Shown piece by piece: positions 1 to 10,305 of a stretch of 64,000 nucleotides of DNA. Origin of the DNA: Gemmatimonadales bacterium (GTDB lineage: Bacteria > Gemmatimonadota > Gemmatimonadetes > Gemmatimonadales > GWC2-71-9). The stretch lies in contig JBGASX010000010.1 of the NCBI GenBank assembly GCA_044229445.1, positions 1,106-65,105 on the forward strand, given 5' to 3'. The position numbers and the translations under genes were made by a program. Numbering within the stretch: the first letter of the stretch is position 1; each line of letters opens with the position of its first letter. The notes under the pieces are model-generated. The model was not told where the DNA came from and did no database searches. It saw nothing but the letters and a program-made list of their open reading frames with translations.

Positions 1-1480
1 GGTGCTGCTGCTCCGATCCGACCTCGGCCTGATAGGTCTCCGCGAGGTCGACAGAGAACTTCTCGAAGTCGCCAGGCACCGCGGGGGACGAGCCGAGCCC
101 GACACCGTCGCCGACGAGATAGCTGGCCGGAAGGGCCGACTGCTGCCACTCGCGCCGCGACGACCGGATCCCGATGCGAAGTTCATTGGCCGAGGTGGCC
201 CAGCCGGATGCGAGGGCGACACCACCGGAAAAGTCGCGCTCGTCGAGGCGGGCGCCCGCGCCGGTCAGCACGTCGAGACCCAGCTGGGGGCTCCACTCGT
301 GATGCCGGGAGAATTCACCCCGGGCCACGACGGCGTGGGTGGGGGAGAGCCGCCAGTCGATCCGGAAACCGCCGGTCCCGCCACGGTAACTGCGGACCGG
401 GGACCGGGTGAAGCTGCGGACGTCGCGGCCGAAGCTGTCCTGGGCGATCGTCTCGATCGTCTGGGCCAGAGGCACCGTCAGGCCGCCGAAGCTGCCGCTG
501 TCGTTCTCCCAGGGCCTGGCGGTGGGAATCTCCGACTCCTCGTAGCTGAAGCCGGCGAAGTAGTTCGCCTTGCCCGGCACGAGTTCCCCGGAGACCGTCG
601 CACCCGCCTGGAATGAGGTGACCGACGAGTCGCTGGCGTTGTCCACCTTGGGAATCCCCAGCTTCCCGGACCAGAAGGCGAACGGCTCGAAGCGGAACCG
701 GCTGACGCCACGGCGAGAGACTGCCGTCAGCATGCCGCCATTGCCACCGACCAGCTCGGCATCCGTTCCGTGCGAGATCACCCGCATCTGGCGGAAGAGG
801 TAGCTGGGATAGGCGGGGGCACCGATCGGATCGGCCTCGAAGCCGGGATGCCTGAGCCACGTCCCGGGCAGGCCGTCGACCAGCAGTCGGGATTGGGTCT
901 GGGGGAGTCCGCCGAAGCTCTGGGCGAAGCCGAATCGCTGATCGCGCGGCGCGGCCGCGAGCGCGCTGTTCCTGCCGTCGGCGCTGATTTCGGGCCGGGG
1001 GGAGAACCAGTCACTCCACGGCAGCTCCGCCACATCCGCGACGGTTGGCGAGGAAGTGAGGAACCGCTGGTCCGCGATCTGGACTTCTTCGACCTTGGAG
1101 ATCGGCGGTGGACGCCGGGTGACCCGAATCCAGAGACGGGTCGCCGCATCGGCGACGACCTCGATCCCGTGCTGCCGGGTCGGCTGGTAGCCGTTCTTCT
1201 CCACCAGAATGGAGTAGCGACCGGGGGAGATCAGCGGGACGATGAAGCGGCCGCGAGTATCCGACTTGAACTGCCTGATGACGACCCCGGTCTCGTCCTC
1301 GAGCGTCAGCGTGGCACCTGGCACCGGCGTGGCCGCGCTGCCGAGAATGATCTCGCCGCGCAGGCTGCCTTCGGTGAGACTCTGGGCCGCTGCCCGATTC
1401 GGGAGAACCACGGCGGTCAGCACGACAGCCGCAGCCGCCAGCATATGCCGGCGGAAGCACCGGAGACTGGGAGCGGCCAT
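1..1480 (-). CDS. TonB-dependent receptor-like outer membrane protein with N-terminal carboxypeptidase-regulatory-like domain (3' end runs off the window)
   Basis: Not in the ORF track because there is no stop in the window. Manual translation from ATG at 1480 gives a signal peptide (..LAAAAVVLTAVVLPNRAAAQ), then GATLTLEDETG..SDTRGRFIVPLISPGRYSILVEKNGY (CarboxypepD_reg-like), LLVDG plug-like motif and beta-strand-rich sequence; open to position 2. Confidence 0.75.
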   Translation of the reverse strand, partial: MAAPSLRCFRRHMLAAAAVVLTAVVLPNRAAAQSLTEGSLRGEIILGSAATPVPGATLTLEDETGVVIRQFKSDTRGRFIVPLISPGRYSILVEKNGYQPTRQHGIEVVADAATRLWIRVTRRPPPISKVEEVQIADQRFLTSSPTVADVAELPWSDWFSPRPEISADGRNSALAAAPRDQRFGFAQSFGGLPQTQSRLLVDGLPGTWLRHPGFEADPIGAPAYPSYLFRQMRVISHGTDAELVGGNGGMLTAVSRRGVSRFRFEPFAFWSGKLGIPKVDNASDSSVTSFQAGATVSGELVPGKANYFAGFSYEESEIPTARPWENDSGSFGGLTVPLAQTIETIAQDSFGRDVRSFTRSPVRSYRGGTGGFRIDWRLSPTHAVVARGEFSRHHEWSPQLGLDVLTGAGARLDERDFSGGVALASGWATSANELRIGIRSSRREWQQSALPASYLVGDGVGLGSSPAVPGDFEKFSVDLAETYQAEVGSEQQH

Positions 1481-1578
1481 GGAGAATCCGGGGGAGAGGT
1501 TGAGATTCGACACTATTGGTAGAGTGGATAGTGCAGTTATGATGCCACCCGCGCAAGCGGCCTGACGAGCGGAGAAAT

Positions 1579-2808
1579 GTGGCGCTGAGTCAACGGATGC
1601 GGTGGGGCTTGTCCCTCACCCTGGTGGCCCTCGGAACGATCGCCTTCTTCACGCTTCGACCCTCTCCGGAGGACGCGGAGGCGGCGGCGCGATCGCCCTT
1701 CATCTGCCTCTTCCCGTGCGGGGATCAGTCGCTGCGCGACGCGATCCTCAATACGGTGCTGTTCATCCCGCTGGGCTTTGCCCTCCGGCTCTGGCTTCCC
1801 GCCTCGCGCGCGTGGCTGCTCACCCTGCTCACCACCTGCTGCATCGAGTTCACCCAGTACCACTGGCTGCTTGGCCGGGATGCCAGCCTGCGGGACATTC
1901 TGACCAATGCGCTCGGCGGTGCCATCGGCGTGGCGCTGGTGAGTCACTGGCGCGCGCTCGTGCTGCCCGATCCGCGGCAGAGCCGGGTGCTCGCCGCCGC
2001 CGGGGGGGCGGCGTGGCTGCTGATTGTCGCCGCCACGGCATGGCTCATCCGGCCCTCCCTGCCGCACAGTATCTACTGGGGTCAGTGGGCGCCGGAGCTG
2101 GGCCAGTTCGACACCTGGCAGGGCCGGCTGCTCGACGCCCGCATCAACGGCGACCGGTTGCCCACCGGACGGATGACCAACTCCGAAGCGGTGCGGAGCG
2201 CACTGCTCTCCGATTCCGTGCTGGTGGAAGCCACCATCGTCAACGGGATTGCACCCCGGGAGATCGCGCCGATCGCCAGCGTCTTTGACAGCGAGCAGCG
2301 CGAGATCTTCGTGCTGGGACAGCGCGGACGGAGCCTCGTGTTCCGGATGCGGACCGGGATCCGCGCCTTCGAGATGGGCGGCCAGATGGTCATCCTCTCC
2401 GACGCCTTCGACACCCCCGGCGACACCATGCGTGTGTACGGGGGCGCGGTGCACGGCGAGTGGGTGATCGCCGCGGAGCGGCATGGCACCCGGCGCGAAC
2501 TGCGGCTGCCCTGGAGCGCAGGCCTGCTCTGGTCGGGACTCACGCCGTTCGGCGTCTACCTGGATCCGGCGACGACATGGCTCAGTGCCCTGTGGCTCGG
2601 CGCGCTGCTCTTCCCGACGGGCTACTGGGTGCGGCGCGCCGGCTTCACTCCGCGACTCCTCATCGGGATCGGGCTGGCGGCGGGGCTCGCACTCCTGGCC
2701 ACCTATTCGCTCGCAAGACTGGACCTCCCGCAGTGGCACGAGTGGGCTGGCACCCTGACGGGACCCCTGGCCGGCTGGCTGGCGGCACGCACCACGGACC
2801 GCGGGTAG
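1579..2808 (+). CDS. VanZ-family membrane protein with a large soluble middle domain
   Basis: N-terminal TM helices with DAILNTVLFIPLG..IEFTQ..GRDASLRDILTNALGGAIG, a VanZ signature; further TM helices at the C-terminus. Confidence 0.7.
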   Translation: MALSQRMRWGLSLTLVALGTIAFFTLRPSPEDAEAAARSPFICLFPCGDQSLRDAILNTVLFIPLGFALRLWLPASRAWLLTLLTTCCIEFTQYHWLLGRDASLRDILTNALGGAIGVALVSHWRALVLPDPRQSRVLAAAGGAAWLLIVAATAWLIRPSLPHSIYWGQWAPELGQFDTWQGRLLDARINGDRLPTGRMTNSEAVRSALLSDSVLVEATIVNGIAPREIAPIASVFDSEQREIFVLGQRGRSLVFRMRTGIRAFEMGGQMVILSDAFDTPGDTMRVYGGAVHGEWVIAAERHGTRRELRLPWSAGLLWSGLTPFGVYLDPATTWLSALWLGALLFPTGYWVRRAGFTPRLLIGIGLAAGLALLATYSLARLDLPQWHEWAGTLTGPLAGWLAARTTDRG

Positions 2809-2851
2809 CCAGCCCTCCCTGCGGGCCCGCGTGGCAACCTTAGATTACCGC

Positions 2852-4057
2852 ATGCCTCTACCGTATCGCCGTCGAATCCAGTACGCGCTGATCGCGCTCG
2901 GCACGGTGCCCACGGCGGTTGCCGTGATCGGCTGGGCCCTCTCGGTCAGGCCGGCCGCCACCCCGGCCGCGCGGACCCGCGAGGCGATCGAGTCGGTGGG
3001 GCAGACCGGCCGTACGCTGCTGCAGGCAATCGATTCGACCCGGCTCGCGCCGAGCGAGCGGCGCGCCCTCTCGGCGCATGCGCGGGCGCTCAACGAAGCA
3101 CTCTCCAAGATCCAGCGTCAGGAGACGCTCGCCCCGTACTACTCGGCCGCGCTCGCCGGAACGATCCTCGCCCTCGGCGCCCTGGTGCTCTACGCTTCGG
3201 TGCGTATCGGTGGCTACCTCTCCCGCCAGCTCACGAAGCCGATCGACGAGCTCGTCGGCTGGACCGGGCTGATCCAGCGGGAAGAGCCGCTGCCCCCGGA
3301 TCGCCACGAGGGGGGCGCGCCGGAACTGGCGGTCCTGCGCCGGGCGCTGCGCGAGATGGCCACCGGTCTCGCGGAAGCGCGGAACCGGCAGCTCGAGGCG
3401 GAGCGGCTGCGGGCCTTTCGCGAAGTCGCGCGACGGGTCGCGCACGAAATGAAGAATCCGCTCACCCCGATCCGCTTCGCGGTGAGTGCACTGAGCCGCA
3501 GCGCGCACCCGGAACAGCGGGAATCGCTCGAGGTGCTGCAGGCGGAGTCGAGCCGGCTGGAGCAGCTCGCCCACGAGTTTACCGAGATGGGGCGGCTCCC
3601 CGAGGGGCCGGCGGCCGAGGTCGATCTGGGCGAGCTGATCTCCGAATTGACGCGAACGGCGCTGCCACCGGGCGTGCCGGCCACGCTCGAACTGGACCCC
3701 GCGACCCCGAGGATTACGGGGCACTACGAACCGCTCCGCCGCGCCTTCAGCAACCTGCTGCGCAACGCAGTGGAAGCCGGCGGTGGCCAGGCGGGGCTGA
3801 CGGTGCGCTGCAGTCCGCTCGGCGAGAATGGTGCCGAGGTCCGGATCATCGATCGTGGACCGGGTATCGCGCCGGAGCTGCAGGGTCGGCTGTTCGCGCC
3901 CTATGCCACCGCGGGCAAGGAGGGCGGCACGGGCCTCGGACTCGCGCTGGTGCGACAGACCATCGAAGCGCACGGGGGGCGGGTGCGGCACGAAGAGACG
4001 CCGGGCGGCGGGGCGACCTTCATCGTCACGTTACCGCGCGTGCGCCGGCCCGGGTAA
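2852..4057 (+). CDS. Sensor histidine kinase (NtrY-like, 2 TM + HAMP + HisKA + HATPase)
   Basis: ARRVAHEMKNPLTPI H-box, NLLRNAVEA, DRGPGI, GTGLGL. ATG 2852 chosen over GTG 2831. Confidence 0.9.
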   Translation: MPLPYRRRIQYALIALGTVPTAVAVIGWALSVRPAATPAARTREAIESVGQTGRTLLQAIDSTRLAPSERRALSAHARALNEALSKIQRQETLAPYYSAALAGTILALGALVLYASVRIGGYLSRQLTKPIDELVGWTGLIQREEPLPPDRHEGGAPELAVLRRALREMATGLAEARNRQLEAERLRAFREVARRVAHEMKNPLTPIRFAVSALSRSAHPEQRESLEVLQAESSRLEQLAHEFTEMGRLPEGPAAEVDLGELISELTRTALPPGVPATLELDPATPRITGHYEPLRRAFSNLLRNAVEAGGGQAGLTVRCSPLGENGAEVRIIDRGPGIAPELQGRLFAPYATAGKEGGTGLGLALVRQTIEAHGGRVRHEETPGGGATFIVTLPRVRRPG

Positions 4058-4066
4058 TATCCATCC

Positions 4067-5452
4067 ATGTCGCATCGCATCCTGATCATCGACGACGAAG
4101 CCAACATCCGGCGCATGCTCGCCGCGCTGCTGCGCGCGGAGGGGTTCACGGTCGAGGAGGCCGCGAACGGGCACGCCGGGCTGCTGGTGCTGGAGCGGCT
4201 CGAGCCTGACGCGATCTTCCTCGATCTGATGATGCCGCCGGGCCCGGACGGGCTGGAGACGCTGACCCAGATCCGGGGCCGCGGGATCGACGCGCCGGTC
4301 ATCATGATGAGCGGCAAGGCGATGCTCGCCGACGCGGTGCGCGCGACCCAGCTCGGGGCCTTCCAGTTTCTGGAGAAGCCGCTGGGCCCGGAGGCCGTGC
4401 TGGTCACGCTTCGCTCGGCGGTGGAGCTGGGACGCACCCGGCACGAGAACCGGGCGCTCCGTCAGGCGCTCGAGACCCGGGAGGAGATGGTCGGGGTGAG
4501 TGCCCCGATCCAGCAGATCCGGCAGCTCATCGCGCAGGTGGCCCCGACCGATGCCCGGGTGCTCATCACGGGCGAGTCGGGCACGGGCAAGGAGCTGGTC
4601 GCGGCCGGGATTCATCGCGGCAGCCGCCGCGCCCGGGATCCGTTCGTCACCGTGAACTGCGCCGCGATTCCGCGCGAGCTGGTGGAATCGGAGATGTTCG
4701 GTCACGAGCGGGGTGCCTTCACCGGGGCGGCAGAACGGCGGCTGGGGCGGTTCGAACTCGCCGATGGCGGGACGCTCTTTCTCGATGAGATCGGGGATCT
4801 GAATCTCGAGGCGCAGGCCAAACTGCTCCGGACCCTCGAGACCGGCGTCCTGCAGCGGCTCGGCGCGGAGCAGCCGACGCAGGTAAACGTCCGGGTCGTG
4901 GCCGCGACCAACCGGCGCCTCGATCAGGCCGTCGCGGCGGGAACCTTCCGCGAGGATCTCTTCTTCCGCCTCAATATCTTCCCGATCCACATCCCGCCGC
5001 TCCGCGACCGGCTCGACGACCTGCCGCTCTTGGTGTCGCATCTCGCCCAGCGGGTCCGGCCGGGGAAGCCGCAGCTCTATTCCGCCGACGCGATGGCGTT
5101 GCTCCGGGGCTACCCCTGGCCTGGCAACATCCGCGAACTCGCCAACCTGATCGAGCGGCTGGCGATCCTCGGTGGCGAGACGATCGGGCCGGATGACGTG
5201 CGCATGGTGCTGCCGGAGGGACGGGCCGGGGGAAGCGCGGCGCGGCGGTTCAGCGGCGTGGAGCCCGGAGGCGAAGGGGTTCCGCTGACCGAGGCGCTCG
5301 ACGACTACGAGCGGGAGCTGATCGGCGCCGCCCTCCGCACCGCGGACGGCAACGTCGCCGAGGCGGCCCGGCTGCTGGTCACCGACCGCGCGAACCTGTA
5401 CCGGCGGATGAAGCGGCTGGGGCTCGCCGCCCGGGGAGAACCCATTGCCTAG
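4067..5452 (+). CDS. Sigma54-dependent response regulator (NtrX/NtrC family)
   Basis: REC domain, GESGTGKE Walker A, intact [14 protein letters not shown] Walker [10 protein letters not shown]-terminal Fis-type HTH. Confidence 0.92.
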   Translation: MSHRILIIDDEANIRRMLAALLRAEGFTVEEAANGHAGLLVLERLEPDAIFLDLMMPPGPDGLETLTQIRGRGIDAPVIMMSGKAMLADAVRATQLGAFQFLEKPLGPEAVLVTLRSAVELGRTRHENRALRQALETREEMVGVSAPIQQIRQLIAQVAPTDARVLITGESGTGKELVAAGIHRGSRRARDPFVTVNCAAIPRELVESEMFGHERGAFTGAAERRLGRFELADGGTLFLDEIGDLNLEAQAKLLRTLETGVLQRLGAEQPTQVNVRVVAATNRRLDQAVAAGTFREDLFFRLNIFPIHIPPLRDRLDDLPLLVSHLAQRVRPGKPQLYSADAMALLRGYPWPGNIRELANLIERLAILGGETIGPDDVRMVLPEGRAGGSAARRFSGVEPGGEGVPLTEALDDYERELIGAALRTADGNVAEAARLLVTDRANLYRRMKRLGLAARGEPIA

Positions 5453-7256
5453 CACACCACGGGGAGCCGGCACGCGGCGCGCAGAGACGGGGTGCCGGTG
5501 CGCCGCCTCCGTCACCGCGATCCTCGCCCCGCTTCCCTGGCTCCTGCTGCTCCTCTGCTGCCTGATACGCCCGGTCAGGGCGCAGGACAGCGTGATCGTC
5601 ATCAACCCCGACGAGCCGGGAGAGGACTCGGCCGCGCTCGGACTGCCGGCGGATGTGCTGAGCGAACTGCTCGACACGTGGAATGACAGTGCCACGGTGC
5701 GGCTTCCGGGCGGGTTGCTGCTGCCGGCCGGCGCGAGACTCTCCGGCTCGGTGGCCGTCCTCCGCGGCACGCTTCGCGTCGCCGGAGCCGTGGAGGGACG
5801 ACTCACCGTGATCAATGGCGATCTGGTGATCCTGCCCGGCGGCAGCGTGCAGGGCCCGGTGCTGGTGGCCGGTGGGCGAATGACGGTGCAGGAGGGCGGG
5901 ACGCACGACGGCCCGCTCCGGGTGTACTGGGATGCCGCTCCGGTCGCGCGCCAGTCGGACGGGGACCTCGCGGTGCGGGAGCGGCGCCGGGGGATCGGCG
6001 AGCTGGCGACGGCGGAACGGACCTTCGGGACGGGACACATCCGTACCACGATCCGCCTGACAACGACCCAGACCTACAATCGCATCGAAGGGCTGGGCCT
6101 CGTCTTCGGGCCGGCCTTCGAATGGCGGCCCACCCGCGCGCTGGTCGCGACGCTCGACATGCGCGGCATCCTGCGCACCGCGCCCGACCCTTCCCCCTTC
6201 CGTCGCGATCTCGGCTGGCTGATCCGGACCGACTGGCGCTTCCATGGCCAGCGGGGGTACGGCTTCGGGGCGCGGACCTACTCGGTGATCGCAGGGGTGG
6301 AGGAGCAGACGCTGCCGCGCGAGGAAGTCGGCTGGAACGCCTTCCTCTTCCAGCGCGACAACCGCGACTACTACTCGAGCGAGGGGGTCAGCGGTAACGC
6401 CTACGTCTACCTGACACGACGGCTGCGTCTCGACGGCAGCGTGCGGCACGAGAAGCAGGGCTCGGTCCGCGCGAACGACCCGTGGAGCCTCTTCCGCAAC
6501 ACCAACCGGTGGCGCCCCAATCCGCTGATCGACGACGGCCATTACACCACGGTCGGCGGCAGTGTCGAGTACGATTCGCGCAACACCCGGAGCGGCGCGT
6601 CCTCCGGCTGGTGGCTCCGGGGGAGCGCGGAGCATTCGTCGAGCAACGACGCGGCGCCGGTGGCACTCCCGACCACGGTCCGGAGCGCGGTCCCCACGCG
6701 CGGCTACGGGTTCGGGCGGTTCACGCTCGACCTGCGGCGCTACAACCGGCTGAGCCCCGAGATCACCCTCAACTTCCGGGTCTGGGCCGGGGGCTGGCTC
6801 TCGGGCGATCCCCTGCCCCTGCAGCGGCGGCTCTCGCTCGGTGGGGCCGACCTGCTACCGGGCTACGCCTTCCGGTCGCTCGACTGCGCCCCCGCGGGAT
6901 TCAGCGACCCCGCCCATCCGGCGCTCTGCGACCGCGAACTCATCACCCAGATGGAGTTCCGGCATCGCCTGAAGTTCCGCGCCGGCTACACGGTTCGCGA
7001 CGCGAACCACAAGGAGCTGGACCGCTTCCTCGGCATCGAGGATCCGGATCTCGTGGTCCTCGCCGACGCGGGGTCGGCGTGGCTCGCGGGGAACGGCCCA
7101 GGCCAGGTGGCGAGCAACCGGATCCGCTCGATCAGCGAGTGGAAGGCGGACGTCGGGGTCGGCATCGACGCCGGCGGGGTCGCGCTGTACCTGGTGAAGG
7201 CGGTCACCGACGGTGAACCGCTCCGCGTGTATCTGCGACTCGAACGACGGTTCTAG
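5445..7256 (+). CDS. Omp85/surface-antigen-like outer membrane beta-barrel protein with N-terminal beta-helix-like repeats
   Basis: Signal peptide, YNRIEGL motif, LSLGGADLLPGY (Omp85 loop-6-like), C-terminal Phe. Start codon uncertain. Confidence 0.6.
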   Translation: MPSTPRGAGTRRAETGCRCAASVTAILAPLPWLLLLLCCLIRPVRAQDSVIVINPDEPGEDSAALGLPADVLSELLDTWNDSATVRLPGGLLLPAGARLSGSVAVLRGTLRVAGAVEGRLTVINGDLVILPGGSVQGPVLVAGGRMTVQEGGTHDGPLRVYWDAAPVARQSDGDLAVRERRRGIGELATAERTFGTGHIRTTIRLTTTQTYNRIEGLGLVFGPAFEWRPTRALVATLDMRGILRTAPDPSPFRRDLGWLIRTDWRFHGQRGYGFGARTYSVIAGVEEQTLPREEVGWNAFLFQRDNRDYYSSEGVSGNAYVYLTRRLRLDGSVRHEKQGSVRANDPWSLFRNTNRWRPNPLIDDGHYTTVGGSVEYDSRNTRSGASSGWWLRGSAEHSSSNDAAPVALPTTVRSAVPTRGYGFGRFTLDLRRYNRLSPEITLNFRVWAGGWLSGDPLPLQRRLSLGGADLLPGYAFRSLDCAPAGFSDPAHPALCDRELITQMEFRHRLKFRAGYTVRDANHKELDRFLGIEDPDLVVLADAGSAWLAGNGPGQVASNRIRSISEWKADVGVGIDAGGVALYLVKAVTDGEPLRVYLRLERRF

Positions 7257-7943
7257 GTGGCGACGTTTGGCGCGGTGAGCTGGAAGCGGGAGAGCGGGGG
7301 GCGGTTCCGCGCCTCTCAGCTCCGACTGTTTGCCACCCTCGCGATGCTTCTCGTGAGCGGCGCCGCGTCGGCCGAGGCCCAGGACAGTGCGGCCGTCCAC
7401 CTCACCGTGACCCTCGCGGGCAGTGCCCGCGACCCGCTGGTCAGCACCGAGAACCTGCTCGAGGATACGCCCTGGCTCTCGGCGCTCCGCCAGGGGCTGC
7501 CCGTGCGGCTCCAGTACCGGCTCGAGATCTGGCGCTCACGCGAGGCCTGGCTCGACGAGGTGCAGCGACAGATCGAGTGGACCGTGGTGATCCGGCACGA
7601 GCCGTTGCTCGATCAGTTCTCGGTGGTCCGGCTTCTCCCCAACGGCGTCCGGCGGAACGTCTATGGCACCCCGGGCGCGCTCGCGGCAGCGCTCGGGGTC
7701 CCCGTCCGGTTCACCGTCGCCCCGCGCGAGCCCGGCACCTTCTACTACGCCGCGACGCTTGCGGTCGCGACGCTCTCCGACTCCGATCTGGATCAGTTCG
7801 AGCGGATTCTGAGGGGCGAGCTGGATCCGGCCAATGGCGAGGGAGGCACGCTGTTGCAGCGAGCGCGACGGCTGGTGCTCAGGCTGGCGGGGCTGCCGAC
7901 GGCGAATCTGGCGGCGAAATCGGAGAGCTTCGAAGTGAAGTAG
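7257..7943 (+). CDS. DUF4390-like exported protein
   Basis: Signal peptide; ALRQGLPVRLQYRLEIWRSREAWLD..HEPLLDQFSV resembles DUF4390. True start may be downstream. Confidence 0.6.
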   Translation: MATFGAVSWKRESGGRFRASQLRLFATLAMLLVSGAASAEAQDSAAVHLTVTLAGSARDPLVSTENLLEDTPWLSALRQGLPVRLQYRLEIWRSREAWLDEVQRQIEWTVVIRHEPLLDQFSVVRLLPNGVRRNVYGTPGALAAALGVPVRFTVAPREPGTFYYAATLAVATLSDSDLDQFERILRGELDPANGEGGTLLQRARRLVLRLAGLPTANLAAKSESFEVK

Positions 7944-7955
7944 TCGGCGCCCGGG

Positions 7956-8537
7956 CTAGCGGACCAGGCCCTCGGCGCCGTGGGCCCCGCCCCCGAGCGC
8001 CTTGAGCGCCTCCGCACCATAGAACAGCCGGATGTACTTCGACTGGGTCATCGTCAGGCGGCGGACCGCCCACGACAGATGCACGAAGTGCGGCTCGTGC
8101 GGCTGCGTGAGGGGATGCATCCCGCACTCCTCCGGCAGCCGGTTACCCTTGCGGGTGTTGCACGTGGAGCAGGCGGTCACCACGTTGGTCCACTCGTTGG
8201 AGCCGCCCCGGGAGAGCGGCATGAGGTGGTCACGGGTGAGGCACTCGCGGGGCCGCAGTTCCAGATGGGAGCGGTGACAGTACTGGCAGCGGTAGGCGTC
8301 GCGGGCGAAGAGGAAGGTGTTGGTGACCTGGCGGCGGAACCGGCGAGGGACGTGCACGAACTTGACGAGACGGATGATCGCCGGTTTGGGGAGGACGAGG
8401 CGCTCACTGCGCACCACGTCCGCTCCCTCCGCTTCGACGATCTCGGCCTTGCCTTCGATCACCAGCCGCAAGGCGCGGCGCACGGGCACCATGGTGAGGG
8501 GCTCGAACGACGCGTTCAACGCCAGACAGCGCACCAT
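7956..8537 (-). CDS. HNH endonuclease (McrA/HNH_5 type)
   Basis: CLALNASFEPL, RDAYRCQYC, TRDHLMPLSRGG, NVVTACSTCNTRKG; AGGAG SD upstream of ATG 8537. Confidence 0.9.
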   Translation of the reverse strand: MVRCLALNASFEPLTMVPVRRALRLVIEGKAEIVEAEGADVVRSERLVLPKPAIIRLVKFVHVPRRFRRQVTNTFLFARDAYRCQYCHRSHLELRPRECLTRDHLMPLSRGGSNEWTNVVTACSTCNTRKGNRLPEECGMHPLTQPHEPHFVHLSWAVRRLTMTQSKYIRLFYGAEALKALGGGAHGAEGLVR

Positions 8538-8605
8538 TCTACTCCTGCTGTGCGAAAGACTTTCCAATCGTAGCGGCCCCCCCGGCAGGGGCGCAAGCAA
8601 CCCGG

Positions 8606-9049
8606 CTAGCTGGTCATCGCGGCGAGCCGGACCTCCACGAGCTGCCGCATCCGCTGGTTCTTCGCGATGATGAGCAGGGTGTCGTCGCCGGCCAGGGTGC
8701 CGATGATCTCCTTCCAGCCGGCCTGATCGAGCGCCGCCGCGACCGCGGGGGCGCCGCCGGTCGCCGTCTTGATCACGATCAGCGGGCCGGTGCTCTCGAT
8801 GCTCACGAGCAGCGTGGGCAGGATCTGGCCGAGATCGGGACGCAGGGAGCCCTCGTGGGGGTTGGCGTAGAACGAGCCGCCCTGCGGGTCGACCAGCTTG
8901 GCGAGCCCCAGCTCGCGGATGTCCCGCGACAGCGTCGCCTGGGTCACCATGATCCCTTCCGCGGCGAGCGCTTCGCGCAGCCCGTCCTGACTCTCGATGC
9001 GCTTCTCCCGAACGGTGCGAACGATCGCGGCGTGGCGCTGCAGTTTCAT
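8606..9049 (-). CDS. argR: Arginine repressor
   Basis: VTQATLSRDIRELG winged helix and GTLAGDDT arginine-binding motif. Confidence 0.93.
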   Translation of the reverse strand: MKLQRHAAIVRTVREKRIESQDGLREALAAEGIMVTQATLSRDIRELGLAKLVDPQGGSFYANPHEGSLRPDLGQILPTLLVSIESTGPLIVIKTATGGAPAVAAALDQAGWKEIIGTLAGDDTLLIIAKNQRMRQLVEVRLAAMTS

Positions 9050-10305
9050 GGGCGAGCGACTCCTCGACGATAGACTACGCGGCCGGCCAGCACAGTGAGG
9101 TTCACATCGCCGTTCTGCCGCGTCAATACGGTATCCATCAGCTGCGCAGCGTCAACCACCCCGGGCAGCGTGAACATCGCGAGATCGCCCCACTTCCCCG
9201 GCGCCAGGGTGCCCAGTTCGCCGTCGAGGCCGAGCGCGCGCGCGGCATCGACTGTCACGAGCCGCAGTGCCTCCGCCGCGCTCAGCCCGGCGATGGCGCG
9301 CGCCGCCCGGACTTCGGCGAGCAGGTCGAGCGGGCTCACGCTGGCCACGGAGTCGGTCCCGACCCCCACCCGAAGTCCGCGGTCCAGCATCCCGCGCACC
9401 GGCGCGGTCCCGTGGCCATGCCGCTGATTGGAGCGGGGGCAGTGGGCGATCGCCACGCGGCGGACCGCGAGGCGGTCGAGATCGGCGTCATTGACCTGCA
9501 CCACGTGAATACACAGCGTCTGCGGCCCGAGCACGCCGAGCTGATCGAGCCAGCGGACCGGGGACGTCCCGGGCATCGCCGGGAGCGGGATGCCCCGGCG
9601 GTTCCATGCCTCCGCGAAGCCACCCTCCGCCCGTTCGAGCAGCGCCGACTCATCCACTGACTCGGCCAGATGCACGGCGAGCGGCATGCCGTAGTCACCG
9701 GCGAGTTCCGCGATGTGGGTGTACAGCGGTCCGCTGACCGAGTAGGGCGCGTGGGGCGACAGCCCGAGCCGCACCCGGCCTCCCACCAGGCGGCTGAGTT
9801 CCGCGATCCGCCGGATCGCGGCGGCCATCGCCGAGTCGGCCTGATCGGGGTGCGGGCCGAAGACCTCGTGGTAGGCGATCCCGCTCGCCCCGAGTTCCGA
9901 CAGCGCCTGAATCACCGCGCCCGAGTCGCCGGTGTCGGCGATGGTCGTGACCCCCGCGGCCCAGCAATCCTGAATCCCGCGGCGGGCGGCCGCCAGGAAA
10001 TCGGCGGGTCCTCGTGCGGCCTTGAGCGCGATGATGCGGGCGATCCAGGCGGGGAATTCACTCGCGCTGTCCTGGCCATCGAGGCCGGTCAGCTCGAGAT
10101 GGGTGTGCGTGTTGACGAGTCCCGGCAGTATCGCCGCATGCGCGAGCCGCTCGCGCACGACCCCTGGCGGCGACGGTACGGCCGCCTCGGGCCCGACCGC
10201 GAGAATTCGTCCATCACCACCGATCAGCACCGCCCCGTCGGCAATCGGTGGGGCATCGATCGGCAGCACCCACGGAGCGGCGTAGCGCTGGACGACGCCG
10301 TTCAC
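9046..10305 (-). CDS. Amidohydrolase family protein (MTA/SAH or aminodeoxyfutalosine deaminase-like)
   Basis: PGLVNTHTHLE, SPHAPYSVS, HLAES, HCPRSN, GTDS. GTG 10305 overlaps the PBP1A stop (GTGA). Confidence 0.85.
   Translation of the reverse strand: MNGVVQRYAAPWVLPIDAPPIADGAVLIGGDGRILAVGPEAAVPSPPGVVRERLAHAAILPGLVNTHTHLELTGLDGQDSASEFPAWIARIIALKAARGPADFLAAARRGIQDCWAAGVTTIADTGDSGAVIQALSELGASGIAYHEVFGPHPDQADSAMAAAIRRIAELSRLVGGRVRLGLSPHAPYSVSGPLYTHIAELAGDYGMPLAVHLAESVDESALLERAEGGFAEAWNRRGIPLPAMPGTSPVRWLDQLGVLGPQTLCIHVVQVNDADLDRLAVRRVAIAHCPRSNQRHGHGTAPVRGMLDRGLRVGVGTDSVASVSPLDLLAEVRAARAIAGLSAAEALRLVTVDAARALGLDGELGTLAPGKWGDLAMFTLPGVVDAAQLMDTVLTRQNGDVNLTVLAGRVVYRRGVARP

Noticed and set aside
7956-8537. 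IscB/Cas9-like or mobile HNH element
   Set aside because: It is a short stand-alone HNH with no RuvC motifs, no flanking repeats and no space for an associated RNA.
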